Origin: an uncultured Fibrobacterota bacterium
GTDB taxonomy: Bacteria > Fibrobacterota > Chitinivibrionia > Chitinivibrionales > WJKA01
Reading direction: 5' to 3'
Length of the DNA: 64,000 nt
Assembly: GCA_964571815.1 (NCBI GenBank)
Contig: CAZNDN010000002.1
Location: 4,246 to 68,245, forward strand
Part shown: positions 48,242-58,759 of the stretch, piece after piece
Layout of the letters: each line of letters opens with the position of its first letter
How positions within the stretch are numbered: the first letter of the stretch is position 1
Translations under genes and position numbers: made by a program
Notes under the pieces: generated by a model
The model's input: only the letters and a program-made list of their open reading frames with translations
What the model was told of the DNA's origin: nothing
Database searches by the model: none

Positions 48242-49479
48242 CCACCGCCTCGCCGCAACTTCTCCGCCTCGGGGCGCGCCCGTTCAAACGCCCTGATCGT
48301 ACGTTCGGCAATATAACGCGGGTCGTGACGTTTTCGAACCGCTTCGGCGGCCCTGCGCCCCATTGCTTTCGCCTCTTCGCGATTCTCAACCAACTCGCCC
48401 AGGCACCGCAGGAGACCGTCCGGGTCGGAGGGGCCAAAGAGCATGCCGGTCCTCGTGTGCTCAACAAGCTCATTGATTCCGCCCGTATCCGTGCTCACCA
48501 CGGGAAGTGCCGCGGCCATGGCTTCCAGCAGCGAGTAGGGCGAATTGTCAAACAGTGAAGGAAGCAGGAATATGTCGGACCGACCGTACAGAGCCGGCAG
48601 CGAAACACGATTGATCGGGCCCGGGAACCACATGCGGCCGCGCTGTTCATCGGTCAATGTTCGTTCAATTGCACGGCGGTATTCCAGGGAACTGCCCGAA
48701 GAGGTCTCTCCGGCAATGGTGAAATGCACATCCGGCCGCAAAGCGAGTATCCTCCGCGTGCACTTGACCAGCAGCTCCGCCCCTTTCCTGCACTCAAGCC
48801 TGCCGGTGAATAGAATGTCGACCCGGTCCCCCGGCGGTGTGCCCGTGGCTGATGAGGCCGTGAATGATCCGATGTCAAGGGGAAGCCTGATCAATTCCAC
48901 CTTCTCTCCGGCGATACCGTACCGTCTCTCCGCCTCCCGTTTTACCGCCATACTCGGGCTGACATAGAGCCGGCCCCTGCGTATGCCCTGCCGCTCAAGC
49001 GTATACCATGCCCTTCTTCTGCGCGAAGGGGAGGTACGATTGTAGCAGTCAATCAGATACGTCGGCGTATGCAGATGGATAACCAGGGCAGGACCCATGT
49101 CGTTTCGGAACCGGGAGGCCAACCCGTTATACTCCGGACTCTCAACGACATCGAGCCGGTGCTCGGCATGGAGGGCGCGTACGAGCTGATATGCCCCGCG
49201 CGAGTAGCCCCTCTGCCAGGCAACTTCTCCGTAGGAAAACCTGTCTCTCAGCCGCCGGCAAAGGCCGCGGGGAGGCCGGCTTCGAAATGTTGCGAATCGC
49301 ACGCCGGAATCGAGTGGATCGGGAATCGTACCTTCCTTGGCCAGGACAAAGACACCGTGGCCCATGCGAGCCAGCGCATTGGCCATTACGTACGTGTAGG
49401 TCGCAATCCCCCCGTGGTCGACCCCCGAGCGTGTTGGATATTCCGCATTTACCAGAGCGATATTCATACGGTATGGCAC
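48238..49479 (-). CDS. GT4 glycosyltransferase
   Basis: GGIATY, FTGRLECRKG, LPSLFDNSPYSLLEAMAA. Confidence 0.93.
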   Translation of the reverse strand: MPYRMNIALVNAEYPTRSGVDHGGIATYTYVMANALARMGHGVFVLAKEGTIPDPLDSGVRFATFRSRPPRGLCRRLRDRFSYGEVAWQRGYSRGAYQLVRALHAEHRLDVVESPEYNGLASRFRNDMGPALVIHLHTPTYLIDCYNRTSPSRRRRAWYTLERQGIRRGRLYVSPSMAVKREAERRYGIAGEKVELIRLPLDIGSFTASSATGTPPGDRVDILFTGRLECRKGAELLVKCTRRILALRPDVHFTIAGETSSGSSLEYRRAIERTLTDEQRGRMWFPGPINRVSLPALYGRSDIFLLPSLFDNSPYSLLEAMAAALPVVSTDTGGINELVEHTRTGMLFGPSDPDGLLRCLGELVENREEAKAMGRRAAEAVRKRHDPRYIAERTIRAFERARPEAEKLRRGGG

Positions 49480-49849
49480 GCGGGCGGCCGTACCTGCGTT
49501 CTTGCGACCGAGCCCGGCCCTCCTTCATATTCCCGGCGACAACTCCTCCCCCGTCGGTCCCGTTCGACCGGCACCCCCGATACCGACCATTGTCTCGGCG
49601 GCGCTTCCCGGGAAGCCTCGAGGCGGCAATTAACTATATATTCTATCGTTGAGGCCGCGACAAATGCAAAAATCCCCTTTTCACCGGTTGAGCCCGTGGA
49701 TCGAGGAGAAAGACCGGGGACCCCGGAACTTCGTGCTCATCGTTTCAGCCCCTGAAAGCGGGAAACGGGCATAACACAGTACGATTTTGACTTTGAAACG
49801 ACCACGTAGTATACTGAGTAAGGAACTGTTGTCAAGGAGCGGAGAACGA

Positions 49850-50650
49850 ATGAACCGGGCTTTTGTGTTCGTAGCTCTTACCTGGGTAGCCATAACCCTT
49901 GTCGTTGCCGGCCCCAACCACGACGCCGGCATCGCTGTCGACCTTGACCCGTTTTCCCCGGAGATCGACTCGATTGATACGACCGGAGAGCAGTCCCTTC
50001 TTCTTGCGGTTTCGGCATTGGATGCGGTCGATCTGGACAGCTACTCGTTCGAGCTGCACTATGATCCGGCAGTGCTGGAATTCGTGTCCGCAAGCGCCGA
50101 GGATCCCTTCCAGGGAATGGAAAACATGCTGAAACGAAACGGGGGATCGATTCTCGCGATGGAGCCGGATACAAGTCGGGAAGGCGTCGTAGGCTTCAGT
50201 TGCACCCTCACCAGCGACAACGCTGAGGATGCTCCCGAAGGCAAGGGGTTACTCGCGGTAATCCTTTTCAATGTGCGGGAAATGAACAAATCGTGTACAC
50301 TGACCGTCTCTTCGACCTTGTTCTGCGACTGGGAGCAGGTATGCGACTCCGTATCCCGGGCCTACCCTGCTTACTTCGCCGGTCAGTCTCCCACTCATCT
50401 GGTCCGTTACCCCCTCCGAAGCGCCGCGCCCGGTCGGTATTTCACCGGCAGAATGATGTGTGACCCGCGAGGCAGAATTCTGCGGCCGGAGGCAGGCCGA
50501 CTCCGACACATTGTGGACGGGCAGGTAGTCCCAACTGTCTCGAGATCGGGGCTACAGATACTCTTTGCCGTTCCGCTGACCGGTGAATACAGGCTGCGCG
50601 CTTTGAGTGGGCGGGAGGAAGCAACCGATAGTAGGAAAGTACCCAACTAA
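49850..50650 (+). CDS. Secreted cohesin-like domain protein
   Basis: Signal peptide from ATG 49850; LDSYSFELHYDPAVLEFVS and G.GLLAVILFNV cohesin-type pattern; C-terminal DPRGR. Confidence 0.72.
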   Translation: MNRAFVFVALTWVAITLVVAGPNHDAGIAVDLDPFSPEIDSIDTTGEQSLLLAVSALDAVDLDSYSFELHYDPAVLEFVSASAEDPFQGMENMLKRNGGSILAMEPDTSREGVVGFSCTLTSDNAEDAPEGKGLLAVILFNVREMNKSCTLTVSSTLFCDWEQVCDSVSRAYPAYFAGQSPTHLVRYPLRSAAPGRYFTGRMMCDPRGRILRPEAGRLRHIVDGQVVPTVSRSGLQILFAVPLTGEYRLRALSGREEATDSRKVPN

Positions 50651-50788
50651 CCCTCAGGAAGCCGGAATTGCTCGAGGCCCCCGGATTTCAGGGCTACTTC
50701 ACTTCGTTCCGTACTTTCCCCCTCCGGTGGGGGGGGCCGAATTCCGACATGACGCAATCCGTCAGTTTTGAACCGGTCCTCGACTACC

Positions 50789-51658
50789 TCACGGGATTAT
50801 CTTATTGACGGGATACTCCACGATTCCCGAGGCTCCGGCAATCTTGAGCTGGGGAATAATGTGCTTGGCATCGCGGGTCCGAATGATCGTCTCTACCGCG
50901 AGCCAGCCGGAATCGGAAAGATAGGAGACGGTGGGATTGTGCAGGGCCGGCAGTATCCCCAGAATTTTCTGCAGTACGTTTTCCTCGCAGTTGCACTTGA
51001 GCCCGACGTAGTTCTCGGCGTCCAGGGTTCCGCGCAGCAGCATTTCAATGTTCTGAAGTTTGCGCTTCTTCCAAACGTTCTTCCAGGCTTCCTTATTGGC
51101 GATAAGGATCGTACTGGTCTCCAGCACTTCGTCGATAATTCTGAGCTTGTTCGCCTTCAAAGACGATCCCGTCTCGGTAATATCGACAATGGCGTCGACC
51201 AGCCGGGGCGGCTTGACTTCGGTAGCGCCCCAGGAGAATTCAACCTCAACCGCAATCCTCTTCTTCTTGAAGAAGCGCTTCGTGGTATCCACCAGTTCGG
51301 TGGCAATACGCTTGCCCTGCAGATCCTCGGCCTTTTTGAACCGTGACCCTTCCGAAACAGCCAGCACCCATCTGCATTTCCTGCGCGTGGCTTTGCTGTA
51401 TTCAAGTTCGCATATTCGCTCAACCCGGGCACGATTCTCCACCGTCCAATCGTAACCGGTAATTCCCGCGTCGAGGATTCCCTGTTCCACGTACCGCGGC
51501 ATCTCCTGCGGCCGCATGAGTACAAGATCAAGCTCGTCATCATCGGAAGAAGGGTAGTAGGCACGCTGACCCACGTGAATGTGCACACCGGCCTTGCGGA
51601 AAAGCTCGATGGTCGACTTCTCCAGGCTTCCTTTCGGGAGTCCAAGGGCAAGTTTCAT
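50789..51658 (-). CDS. hisG: ATP phosphoribosyltransferase, long form
   Basis: LPKGSL, DAGITGYDW, RIATE, SWGATE, DAIVDITETGSSL, C-terminal regulatory domain. Confidence 0.96.
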   Translation of the reverse strand: MKLALGLPKGSLEKSTIELFRKAGVHIHVGQRAYYPSSDDDELDLVLMRPQEMPRYVEQGILDAGITGYDWTVENRARVERICELEYSKATRRKCRWVLAVSEGSRFKKAEDLQGKRIATELVDTTKRFFKKKRIAVEVEFSWGATEVKPPRLVDAIVDITETGSSLKANKLRIIDEVLETSTILIANKEAWKNVWKKRKLQNIEMLLRGTLDAENYVGLKCNCEENVLQKILGILPALHNPTVSYLSDSGWLAVETIIRTRDAKHIIPQLKIAGASGIVEYPVNKIIP

Positions 51659-52863
51659 GATTGCTGTTCCCCCTCACTCTTGAATGCCGCCGTGAGGGCG
51701 GGGACGATTTCCAGAGCATTGCCTACGATCCCGAGATCGGCGATCTGGAAAATGTCCGCGTCGGGATCGGAATTGACCGCAATGATATATTCGGAAGACT
51801 GCATACCGGCCTGATGTTGCACTGCTCCGGATATGCCGCATGCGATGTAGAGTTTAGGGCATACCGTCTTGCCTGTCTGGCCCACCTGATGCGAATACGG
51901 CATCCACCCCGCATCCACGGCCGCGCGCGAAGAACCCACGGCGCCGCCAAGCACTTCGGCAAGATCGCGAAGCATGTCGAAATTCTCGGGTTTCTGCATG
52001 CCTCTGCCGCCGGAGACAATAATGTCCGCCTCGGTAATATTGACGGTCGATTCGACTTCCTTCACACTATCCACAATCGTCGTACGCTCCCTGACCGAGC
52101 CCGGCTCAACCTTGTGCACGACTACTTCTCCCCCGCGGTGCGGATCAAGAGCGGCCGGTTTCATGACTTTGTGCCGTACCGTCGCCATCTGGGGCCTGTG
52201 CCGGGGGCAGATAATCGTAGCCATGAGGTTGCCGCCGAATGCGGGACGCGTGCCCAGAAGCAGTTTCTTTTCGGCGTCAATCTCCAGCTTCGTACAGTCC
52301 GCCGTGAGACCTCCATATACCTTTGCGGCCACCTTCGGAACAAATGACCTCCCGATCGCGGTCGCCCCGGCGAGAAATATGGAAGGCTTTTCCTTCTCAA
52401 TGAAACCCGCCGTCAGTGTGGCATAGGTATCGTCCCGAAACGCCTCCAGATCGGGCCCGTCCATATAGACGACCTTGTCCGCTCCGTATTTGACAAGTTG
52501 TTCGGCTTTCTGATGCAACTCGTGGCCGATTACCACGGCAACGAGCTTCTCCCCGAGCTTGTCGGCCAGCTTCCGCCCCTCCCCGAGCACTTCAAACGAT
52601 ACCCCGTGGATCTCACCGTCGCGCTGCTCCACGAATACGGCCACGTTGTGAAAAGAATCGGGGTCCTCGTCGACGCCGGCCGACTCCCTGGTGATCGTGA
52701 TCGCTCCATACTTTCTGCACGCCTCCACGCATGCGCCGCAGAGCGTACACGTGTCCAGATCGATCACCGCCTTCTTCTCGACCAGTTCAATTGCGTTCTC
52801 CGCACAAGCGCGCACACAGAGCCCGCATCCAATGCACTTCCCAAGGTCAACACTGATACTCAT
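51655..52863 (-). CDS. etfA: Electron transfer flavoprotein alpha with N-terminal 2x[4Fe-4S] ferredoxin
   Basis: CIGCGLCVRAC, CTLCGACVEAC, RPAFGGN, QVGQTGKTV.PKLYIACGISGA.QH. Confidence 0.95.
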   Translation of the reverse strand: MSISVDLGKCIGCGLCVRACAENAIELVEKKAVIDLDTCTLCGACVEACRKYGAITITRESAGVDEDPDSFHNVAVFVEQRDGEIHGVSFEVLGEGRKLADKLGEKLVAVVIGHELHQKAEQLVKYGADKVVYMDGPDLEAFRDDTYATLTAGFIEKEKPSIFLAGATAIGRSFVPKVAAKVYGGLTADCTKLEIDAEKKLLLGTRPAFGGNLMATIICPRHRPQMATVRHKVMKPAALDPHRGGEVVVHKVEPGSVRERTTIVDSVKEVESTVNITEADIIVSGGRGMQKPENFDMLRDLAEVLGGAVGSSRAAVDAGWMPYSHQVGQTGKTVCPKLYIACGISGAVQHQAGMQSSEYIIAVNSDPDADIFQIADLGIVGNALEIVPALTAAFKSEGEQQS

Positions 52864-52874
52864 GTAACCACCTG

Positions 52875-53663
52875 CTACTTGATTACGTTGAGGTCAAGCA
52901 CCGTCGTCTTGATCCTGTTCACCATTTCGTCCATATCACCTGAGAGCTTTTCACCACCACTCTTTCGCGGCGGTACAAACGATCTCAATACCTGGGTCGG
53001 ACTGCCTTTCAGCCCCACCTTTTCAGGCTCAACGTCGAGTGCAGCGGCATCAAAAACCGTGACCGAAGCCTTCTTCGCCCGCATCTTGCCCTTCAACGAA
53101 GCCATCCGGGGCTCATTGATCTCCTTCACGACCGTAATGAGTCCGGGAAGAGGCATCTCCACCACCTCGTACCCATCCTCCATCATTCGCTCGACCCGGA
53201 TCGCCGAATCCGTAATTTCTTCAACCTTGCGAACCCATGCCACAAATGGAAAATCAAGCATCTCGGCCACCCCCGGCCCGACCTGCGCCGTATCTCCATC
53301 GATGGCCTGCTTACCGCAGATCACCAGGTTCACCTCCCCCAGCTTCCGTATTCCCGCCGAAAGCTCCACGGACGTAGACCAGGTATCGGAGCCGGCCAGG
53401 TTCCGATCCGTGATAAGACAGGCCTCGTCGGCACCCATTGCAAGGGCTGACCGCAAGGCCGCGTCGGCCTGTGGAGGGCCCTTTGAAATTATCTTGACAC
53501 ATCCGCCCACTCGCTCCCGTATTCGCAACGCTTCCTCGACGGCATACTCGTCAAAGGGGTTCATCACGGCTTCCACACTGTCGCGAATGAGCGTACCCGT
53601 GTCCGGGTTGATCTTCACCTGCGTCGTTCCCGGAACCTGTTTGATACAAACAACGATATTCAT
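52875..53663 (-). CDS. etfB: Electron transfer flavoprotein beta
   Basis: IVVCIKQVP, MNPFD, CGKQAIDGDTAQVGP, GL.GSPT.V. Confidence 0.96.
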   Translation of the reverse strand: MNIVVCIKQVPGTTQVKINPDTGTLIRDSVEAVMNPFDEYAVEEALRIRERVGGCVKIISKGPPQADAALRSALAMGADEACLITDRNLAGSDTWSTSVELSAGIRKLGEVNLVICGKQAIDGDTAQVGPGVAEMLDFPFVAWVRKVEEITDSAIRVERMMEDGYEVVEMPLPGLITVVKEINEPRMASLKGKMRAKKASVTVFDAAALDVEPEKVGLKGSPTQVLRSFVPPRKSGGEKLSGDMDEMVNRIKTTVLDLNVIK

Positions 53664-54109
53664 GGCAACCACACTCCCGTGACCGGTGCTTCCCAAGCAC
53701 CCTGTGGAGACTGCAAAAACATGAAAATATACAACACGCCTTCATAAATGTCGGCCTCACCGTTGACGTGGTGCCCCGGAAAGCCATGGGTTGCCTTTCT
53801 GATGTGGCCCGGCTACTCGGAATCCTTGCGTCTGCATCAGCACCCGTCCCCGGAGCGTGTGTGTCCCGCCGGCCGCGCTGTATCAACTATTTCGGCCATC
53901 TGCAAATCCGAATCAATAGACAAAACCCCGGTAACGGCTACTCCGGTCTCCGGGCGATTTCGCCCCCGAACCGGCATGGTATCGACCAAACGGCAACGGC
54001 ATGGATACGCCCCCCGGAGAGCCGAGTGTTCACGGCGGGACCTCACACCCTGCCGTTGCGTATATTTTGACGTTCCGAGAATCCCACCAACACGAGAAAA
54101 GGAGCTGCC

Positions 54110-54874
54110 GTGGAAGCGATCAAGATAATGCCGTGTCTGGATATGAAGGAAGGAAGAGTGGTGAAGGGCGTGCATTTCGTGGACCTCAAGGATGCCGGAA
54201 ATCCCGTAGAGAACGCATCATTCTACCAGAAAGAAGGCGCGGATGAACTGGCGATGTTGGACATTGCCGCGACAGTGGAAAACCGTAAGACCAGGCTGAA
54301 ATGGGTCAAAGAGGTCTCTTCCGCGCTTGACATTCCCCTGACTGTCGGCGGAGGTATTGGTTCTTTGGAGGATATTGCGGCGGCGCTCGACGCAGGTGCG
54401 AGCAAAGTGTCCATGAACAGTGCGGCCGTCGCACGTCCCGAACTTGTCCGCGAAGCGTCGGAAAAATACGGCAAAGCAATAGTGACTGTGGCGGTCGACG
54501 CCCGGCGCAACAGCGACATGGATTCGGGATTCGAGCTTGTTGTCTCCGGAGGCACCAGGCCGGTCGGCAGAGATGCGGTTTCGTGGGCGTCACAGTGCCG
54601 GGATCTGGGGGCCGGAGCGATACTGCCCACCAGTATGGACGGCGACGGGACGCGGCAGGGCTACGATATCGAGTTTACCAGGGCGATCTCCGAAGCGGTC
54701 GATGTCCCGGTAATCGCTTCCGGTGGAGCAGGAACCCTCGAGCATTTCTACGAAGCAGCGGTTGAGGGCGGAGCGAAGATCCTTCTGGCGGCCTCCGTGT
54801 TTCATTTTCGCATTCTCAGTATCAGAGAAGTCAAGGAGTACTTGCGGGACAAGGGTCTGGCAACGACCCTCTGA
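54110..54874 (+). CDS. hisF: Imidazole glycerol phosphate synthase cyclase subunit
   Basis: IMPCLD...[45 protein letters not shown]. Confidence 0.95.
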   Translation: MEAIKIMPCLDMKEGRVVKGVHFVDLKDAGNPVENASFYQKEGADELAMLDIAATVENRKTRLKWVKEVSSALDIPLTVGGGIGSLEDIAAALDAGASKVSMNSAAVARPELVREASEKYGKAIVTVAVDARRNSDMDSGFELVVSGGTRPVGRDAVSWASQCRDLGAGAILPTSMDGDGTRQGYDIEFTRAISEAVDVPVIASGGAGTLEHFYEAAVEGGAKILLAASVFHFRILSIREVKEYLRDKGLATTL

Positions 54875-55109
54875 CCCGGCATGACATCCGGGGAGCCGAT
54901 AAGCCTGTGCGGGCGGCGCCCTTTCGTCCGGACACGCTTCAGCGCGTGGTTTCACCGCGACACGTTTCGCCGTCTGTTACCCCGGCCCGCAAGGCCGGTC
55001 TATCCTCCACTACCTTCGAACCTTCCGTGCGGGATGTACTTTTTTGAGGGAATCGTCAGGGAACCCCAACTGCACATCAATCCTGTCTCCCGTCAGGAAA
55101 AAGACAGCT

Positions 55110-56420
55110 ATGAATGAAGCTCTGCCGACTCAGAGCCGTGTTCCAGAAATAAATGTGTGGTACACGGCAGTCTTCGTGTGCACAATGGTCATTGGTTCCC
55201 CGGCCGAACCCGTTGTCGTTACGGGTGCCATGGTGAAGCCGTTGCTGGGCGCCCGAATCGAACATCTCAACCTCACGGACGCCGGCGGGACTCCGATACC
55301 GTTTCAAATCGATGAAATAACTCCCGATGGAGAGTATGTGTGTCCTCTGGGAAAAGAACCCAACACGGATGATGGAAACGGCGTTCTGGATGCCCGCGAT
55401 GAAATTGTCTTTCTCCGGGATGACGCATCGCCCGTGGAGCCGGTCCGAGGAGGTCCTCCAAGGAAGGACGATAAACGCCGCGTTACTGTCACGGTGGGAG
55501 AGGGCGCGGAAAAGCGGGGTGTTCTGCTCTGGGAAGACCCCTGGGGCGAACGCTCTCCGGAACGCTATATTCAATACGATCACGCCGACCGTATCGTTGA
55601 AACACCTTACTATTTCGCTCGGTTCGGCGCGAGACGTTTTCATTTCGTTCAAGCCGGAATCAGGAACCGTGGGTCGGAATGCTACGTGCCGCTCACAAAG
55701 GAACTTCGCGTGAAGATATACCTGCGGGCCCTCTGGGGACTGCTTCCAATCACCTACAATGAGGAGAATATCGTATGCCTCGTCAAGCGATTCAAGGTCG
55801 GTCCGATTCGCCTGATACGACGGGGTGACTTCCATCTCAATATCGGCCTCTGGTTGAAGGGCAGCAGGGCCGCCGTGAATCAAATTTGCTATGCTCAGAT
55901 GGTTAGGGTTCCCGTCTACCTGCACCTTCCGATACGGTTCAGCCGGTTGTTCGGTGAAGCCTGGATAGAGATGTCGCCGGTACTGGGAAGCACGGCACGT
56001 ACTTACTCATTCACCGTTCCCCGGCACGAAGTTTCGATCCCTCTGGGAACCGCCGACACCCTGGACACGCTTCTGTCTCGAATACCCACGCATGGTCTTA
56101 TGTCGGTCAACGACGGCAGTAACGGCTACGCGTGGGTACTCCAGGCGGACATACCCGACCATCTCATGAACGGCAGCGGATATGTCGTCCAAAGGCCGTC
56201 GAAGCGGGGAGGGATAGCTCACTGCGGCTATCGGCTGACTGTCGGCGACCTCCCGCGGGGCAACTACCTGATAACCAATTGGGTCCTGTTCGGTGCCGAT
56301 GTGCCTGCAAACCTTGCACGCGCATACCGCACCATCGTCTCCCCCTCCACCGTGACCATCGACACTACCGCGACCTTCAACAACGCCATCGACAAGGTCC
56401 ACGCGAAAGCCCGCAAATAG
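55110..56420 (+). CDS. Hypothetical exported protein
   Basis: Long ORF with hydrophobic N-terminal stretch; IPFQIDE and DDGNGVLDARDE motifs; no family recognised. Confidence 0.7.
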   Translation: MNEALPTQSRVPEINVWYTAVFVCTMVIGSPAEPVVVTGAMVKPLLGARIEHLNLTDAGGTPIPFQIDEITPDGEYVCPLGKEPNTDDGNGVLDARDEIVFLRDDASPVEPVRGGPPRKDDKRRVTVTVGEGAEKRGVLLWEDPWGERSPERYIQYDHADRIVETPYYFARFGARRFHFVQAGIRNRGSECYVPLTKELRVKIYLRALWGLLPITYNEENIVCLVKRFKVGPIRLIRRGDFHLNIGLWLKGSRAAVNQICYAQMVRVPVYLHLPIRFSRLFGEAWIEMSPVLGSTARTYSFTVPRHEVSIPLGTADTLDTLLSRIPTHGLMSVNDGSNGYAWVLQADIPDHLMNGSGYVVQRPSKRGGIAHCGYRLTVGDLPRGNYLITNWVLFGADVPANLARAYRTIVSPSTVTIDTTATFNNAIDKVHAKARK

Positions 56421-56441
56421 GCACCCCGCGGGCGGTGTTCG

Positions 56442-57464
56442 TTGACGATTTCACGTAGGCAAAGGTATCATTATTCTCATGGGAAGCACCTTCTTCGAAA
56501 GTACGCCGCGGTGATGAGCCGAACGGGAAATCGTAAAGCAACCGAGCCGGCCACGTGCACGCTTGGACAGTTGTGCAACCGGGTCGTTACGTGCTCTCTG
56601 TCTTACGAAGACGCCAGGGAAGCCATTGCGGAACGACTTTTCGAGGCGATCCAGGGCGCCGGAGCTCACGACGCGCTTGAGCAGGTCGGTCACGTCGTAT
56701 CGTTCCTGGAGGGCTTGGAGAACAAGAATGAAGAATGCGCCCGGAGCCTTGCCGACGTCTACGGGCTCATGGGTGAAGCATGTCAGTGGGCGGAGAACGA
56801 TTCTCAAAGCGTTGTCTGGTTCGAAAAGGCCATCGTACTCAACGACCGTTCGCCCCTGCTTTTCCAGAGCATGGCCGATGCCCTTGCGAGGCTCGGTCGC
56901 GGCGAAGCGGCCGAGCGAGCCTACCGCCAGGCCATACGCCTTGCCCCCGGCGACTACTCAACGTACCTGAAACTCGCCGGTGTGTATGAGAAACTCGAGA
57001 ATCCCGAGGCAATGGAGGAGTGCCTGGAAAAGCTTCTGGAGAGAGACCCCGGAAACATGCAGGCTCTCCACATGCTCATTATCCACCACCACCGGCGCGA
57101 CTCACAGGTTGATGTTGAATTCCTTCGTCGCCGCCTGCTTTCGACGGGCAGGGCCCTGCACAAGAAAGACCTCCTCATCTGGGCCTACCACATGTGCGAA
57201 GAAGGGCGTGTGGAAGAAGTCCCGACATCTTTCAACAACGGTACATCGAGATGTGCCGATGACGTGCTTGACGGGCTTGTCAGAGCGTATGCGTACGGAA
57301 AACTTCGTCGTTACGCGCAGCGCAAACGGGTCCTCCAGCGGGTCGCGGACATGGTGCCGAACTCTCCCGCGTCGCTCGAAGCGAAACTCAAGGAATTCAC
57401 CGCTGTCTTCGGAGAAGAAGCCGCGGAGCCTTTGCGCAAGGTCATTGCGGCCCGAACTGCCTGA
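56442..57464 (+). CDS. TPR-repeat protein
   Basis: TPR patterns (FEKAIVLND, AYRQAIRLAP, LLERDPGN). True start may be 56514. Confidence 0.8.
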   Translation: MTISRRQRYHYSHGKHLLRKYAAVMSRTGNRKATEPATCTLGQLCNRVVTCSLSYEDAREAIAERLFEAIQGAGAHDALEQVGHVVSFLEGLENKNEECARSLADVYGLMGEACQWAENDSQSVVWFEKAIVLNDRSPLLFQSMADALARLGRGEAAERAYRQAIRLAPGDYSTYLKLAGVYEKLENPEAMEECLEKLLERDPGNMQALHMLIIHHHRRDSQVDVEFLRRRLLSTGRALHKKDLLIWAYHMCEEGRVEEVPTSFNNGTSRCADDVLDGLVRAYAYGKLRRYAQRKRVLQRVADMVPNSPASLEAKLKEFTAVFGEEAAEPLRKVIAARTA

Positions 57465-57477
57465 TCGCGAACCGGAT

Positions 57478-58659
57478 TCAGAACTTGAGTTCGCTGGATC
57501 GGGATTGAATCTCGTTGTTCCAGATCCTTTCGGCCTGCCCCTGCCAGAACCGAGGGGTCTCCAGCGAAGACTTCCTGGTGTCCGGGGCCAAACCTTCCAC
57601 CAGTTGTGCAAGGAGTGTTCGAGCCTGGGACGCTTCCTTGGTCTTCCCGGCGTGCAACGCGGAATTCATGAGGATGAAATACGCCTTTGCCATGTCCAGG
57701 TGATTCCGCGACTCCTTTGAGTCCAGCATTTCTCTCAGCCACGTTCTGCAATTGCCGATCAGGGTATCTCGCTCACCCCGCGGAGCATATTGGATCGTCA
57801 GGTAGTTCAAATACCCCACCATGAAATGATCCGAACACACCTTGCTCATCGCCATCGCCCTCGCACACGCTTCGGAAAGCACGTAGGCAAGATAACTGGT
57901 CTGCTTGTCGCGGGGACAGCGAAATTCCCTGTCGAATTCGCCTGCCTGTTCAACCGTCTTGCCGCGCTCCTTGATCGACTTGGAAAGGATAAGCTTCGAC
58001 TGATCATCCAGCCTCGAGTGAACAGCCACCGTTCCCTTACCTATGGCGTTGAAATGCGTAAGATCGATCGAAACCATGAAGCAGTCGCGACACACGACGG
58101 GAAGCATGCCGAATACATTGACCGGCGTGTCGGTGCCTTTCATGAACGAAGTGGGAAAAGGCTCGTCGTCCACCCATCTCCAATCGTACTCGTCGGTGTT
58201 GACGAGGTAGCCTCTGACGTTATGAGATCCGCACACCGCACACCCAAGGGACAGGGCGGTGTAATCCCCCTCGCTCGTCCCGTAGGGACCATAGGCATCG
58301 AATACCAATTCCCTGCCATGCTCCTGAACTTCCTCACACGCTTCGATCTGATGAAAGGTCGTATCGTCGCCCGACACGTCGACCCGTTCCCTGACTGCCT
58401 GCGAAGGCCTGAGGAGAAAGAGAGATGCCTGTGTTTCCCCCAGCTTCAATTTGAGGTTCTTCAGAAGCCGCAGCGCACCGGGGTGCATGGTAGTGATGTC
58501 GGCCAGATCAAGAATCAGGTGCTTATGAGGATGTGCTTTGATATGCTTCTGGAGTCGAGGCGTGAGCCAGGGAATCTCAGCGACCGTCAGTTCACCCTTC
58601 AGACGAATGATTTCGTAGTCGCCGAACGAGTCGTTCGTGAGTTCAATTTGGCTGTTCAT
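57478..58659 (-). CDS. STAS domain fused to a CxxC-containing DUF2225-like helical domain
   Basis: N-terminal IRLKGEL..LILDLA STAS pattern; CAVCG...VVCRDCF; helical C-terminus. Confidence 0.72.
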   Translation of the reverse strand: MNSQIELTNDSFGDYEIIRLKGELTVAEIPWLTPRLQKHIKAHPHKHLILDLADITTMHPGALRLLKNLKLKLGETQASLFLLRPSQAVRERVDVSGDDTTFHQIEACEEVQEHGRELVFDAYGPYGTSEGDYTALSLGCAVCGSHNVRGYLVNTDEYDWRWVDDEPFPTSFMKGTDTPVNVFGMLPVVCRDCFMVSIDLTHFNAIGKGTVAVHSRLDDQSKLILSKSIKERGKTVEQAGEFDREFRCPRDKQTSYLAYVLSEACARAMAMSKVCSDHFMVGYLNYLTIQYAPRGERDTLIGNCRTWLREMLDSKESRNHLDMAKAYFILMNSALHAGKTKEASQARTLLAQLVEGLAPDTRKSSLETPRFWQGQAERIWNNEIQSRSSELKF

Positions 58660-58759
58660 TGCGGAATACCTTTTGCCGCTGGTACCGTTTCCGCTATAAT
58701 TATGCAATCACGTACGGGGGGAGTGCAAAAAAAGGTCGGTACCGATGTGATACTCGGCC

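Noticed and set aside
54110-54874. hisF as an LPS-locus paralog
   Set aside because: Canonical catalytic Asp residues and motifs, and no hisH/amidotransferase glycan cluster adjacent; dispersed his genes are common.
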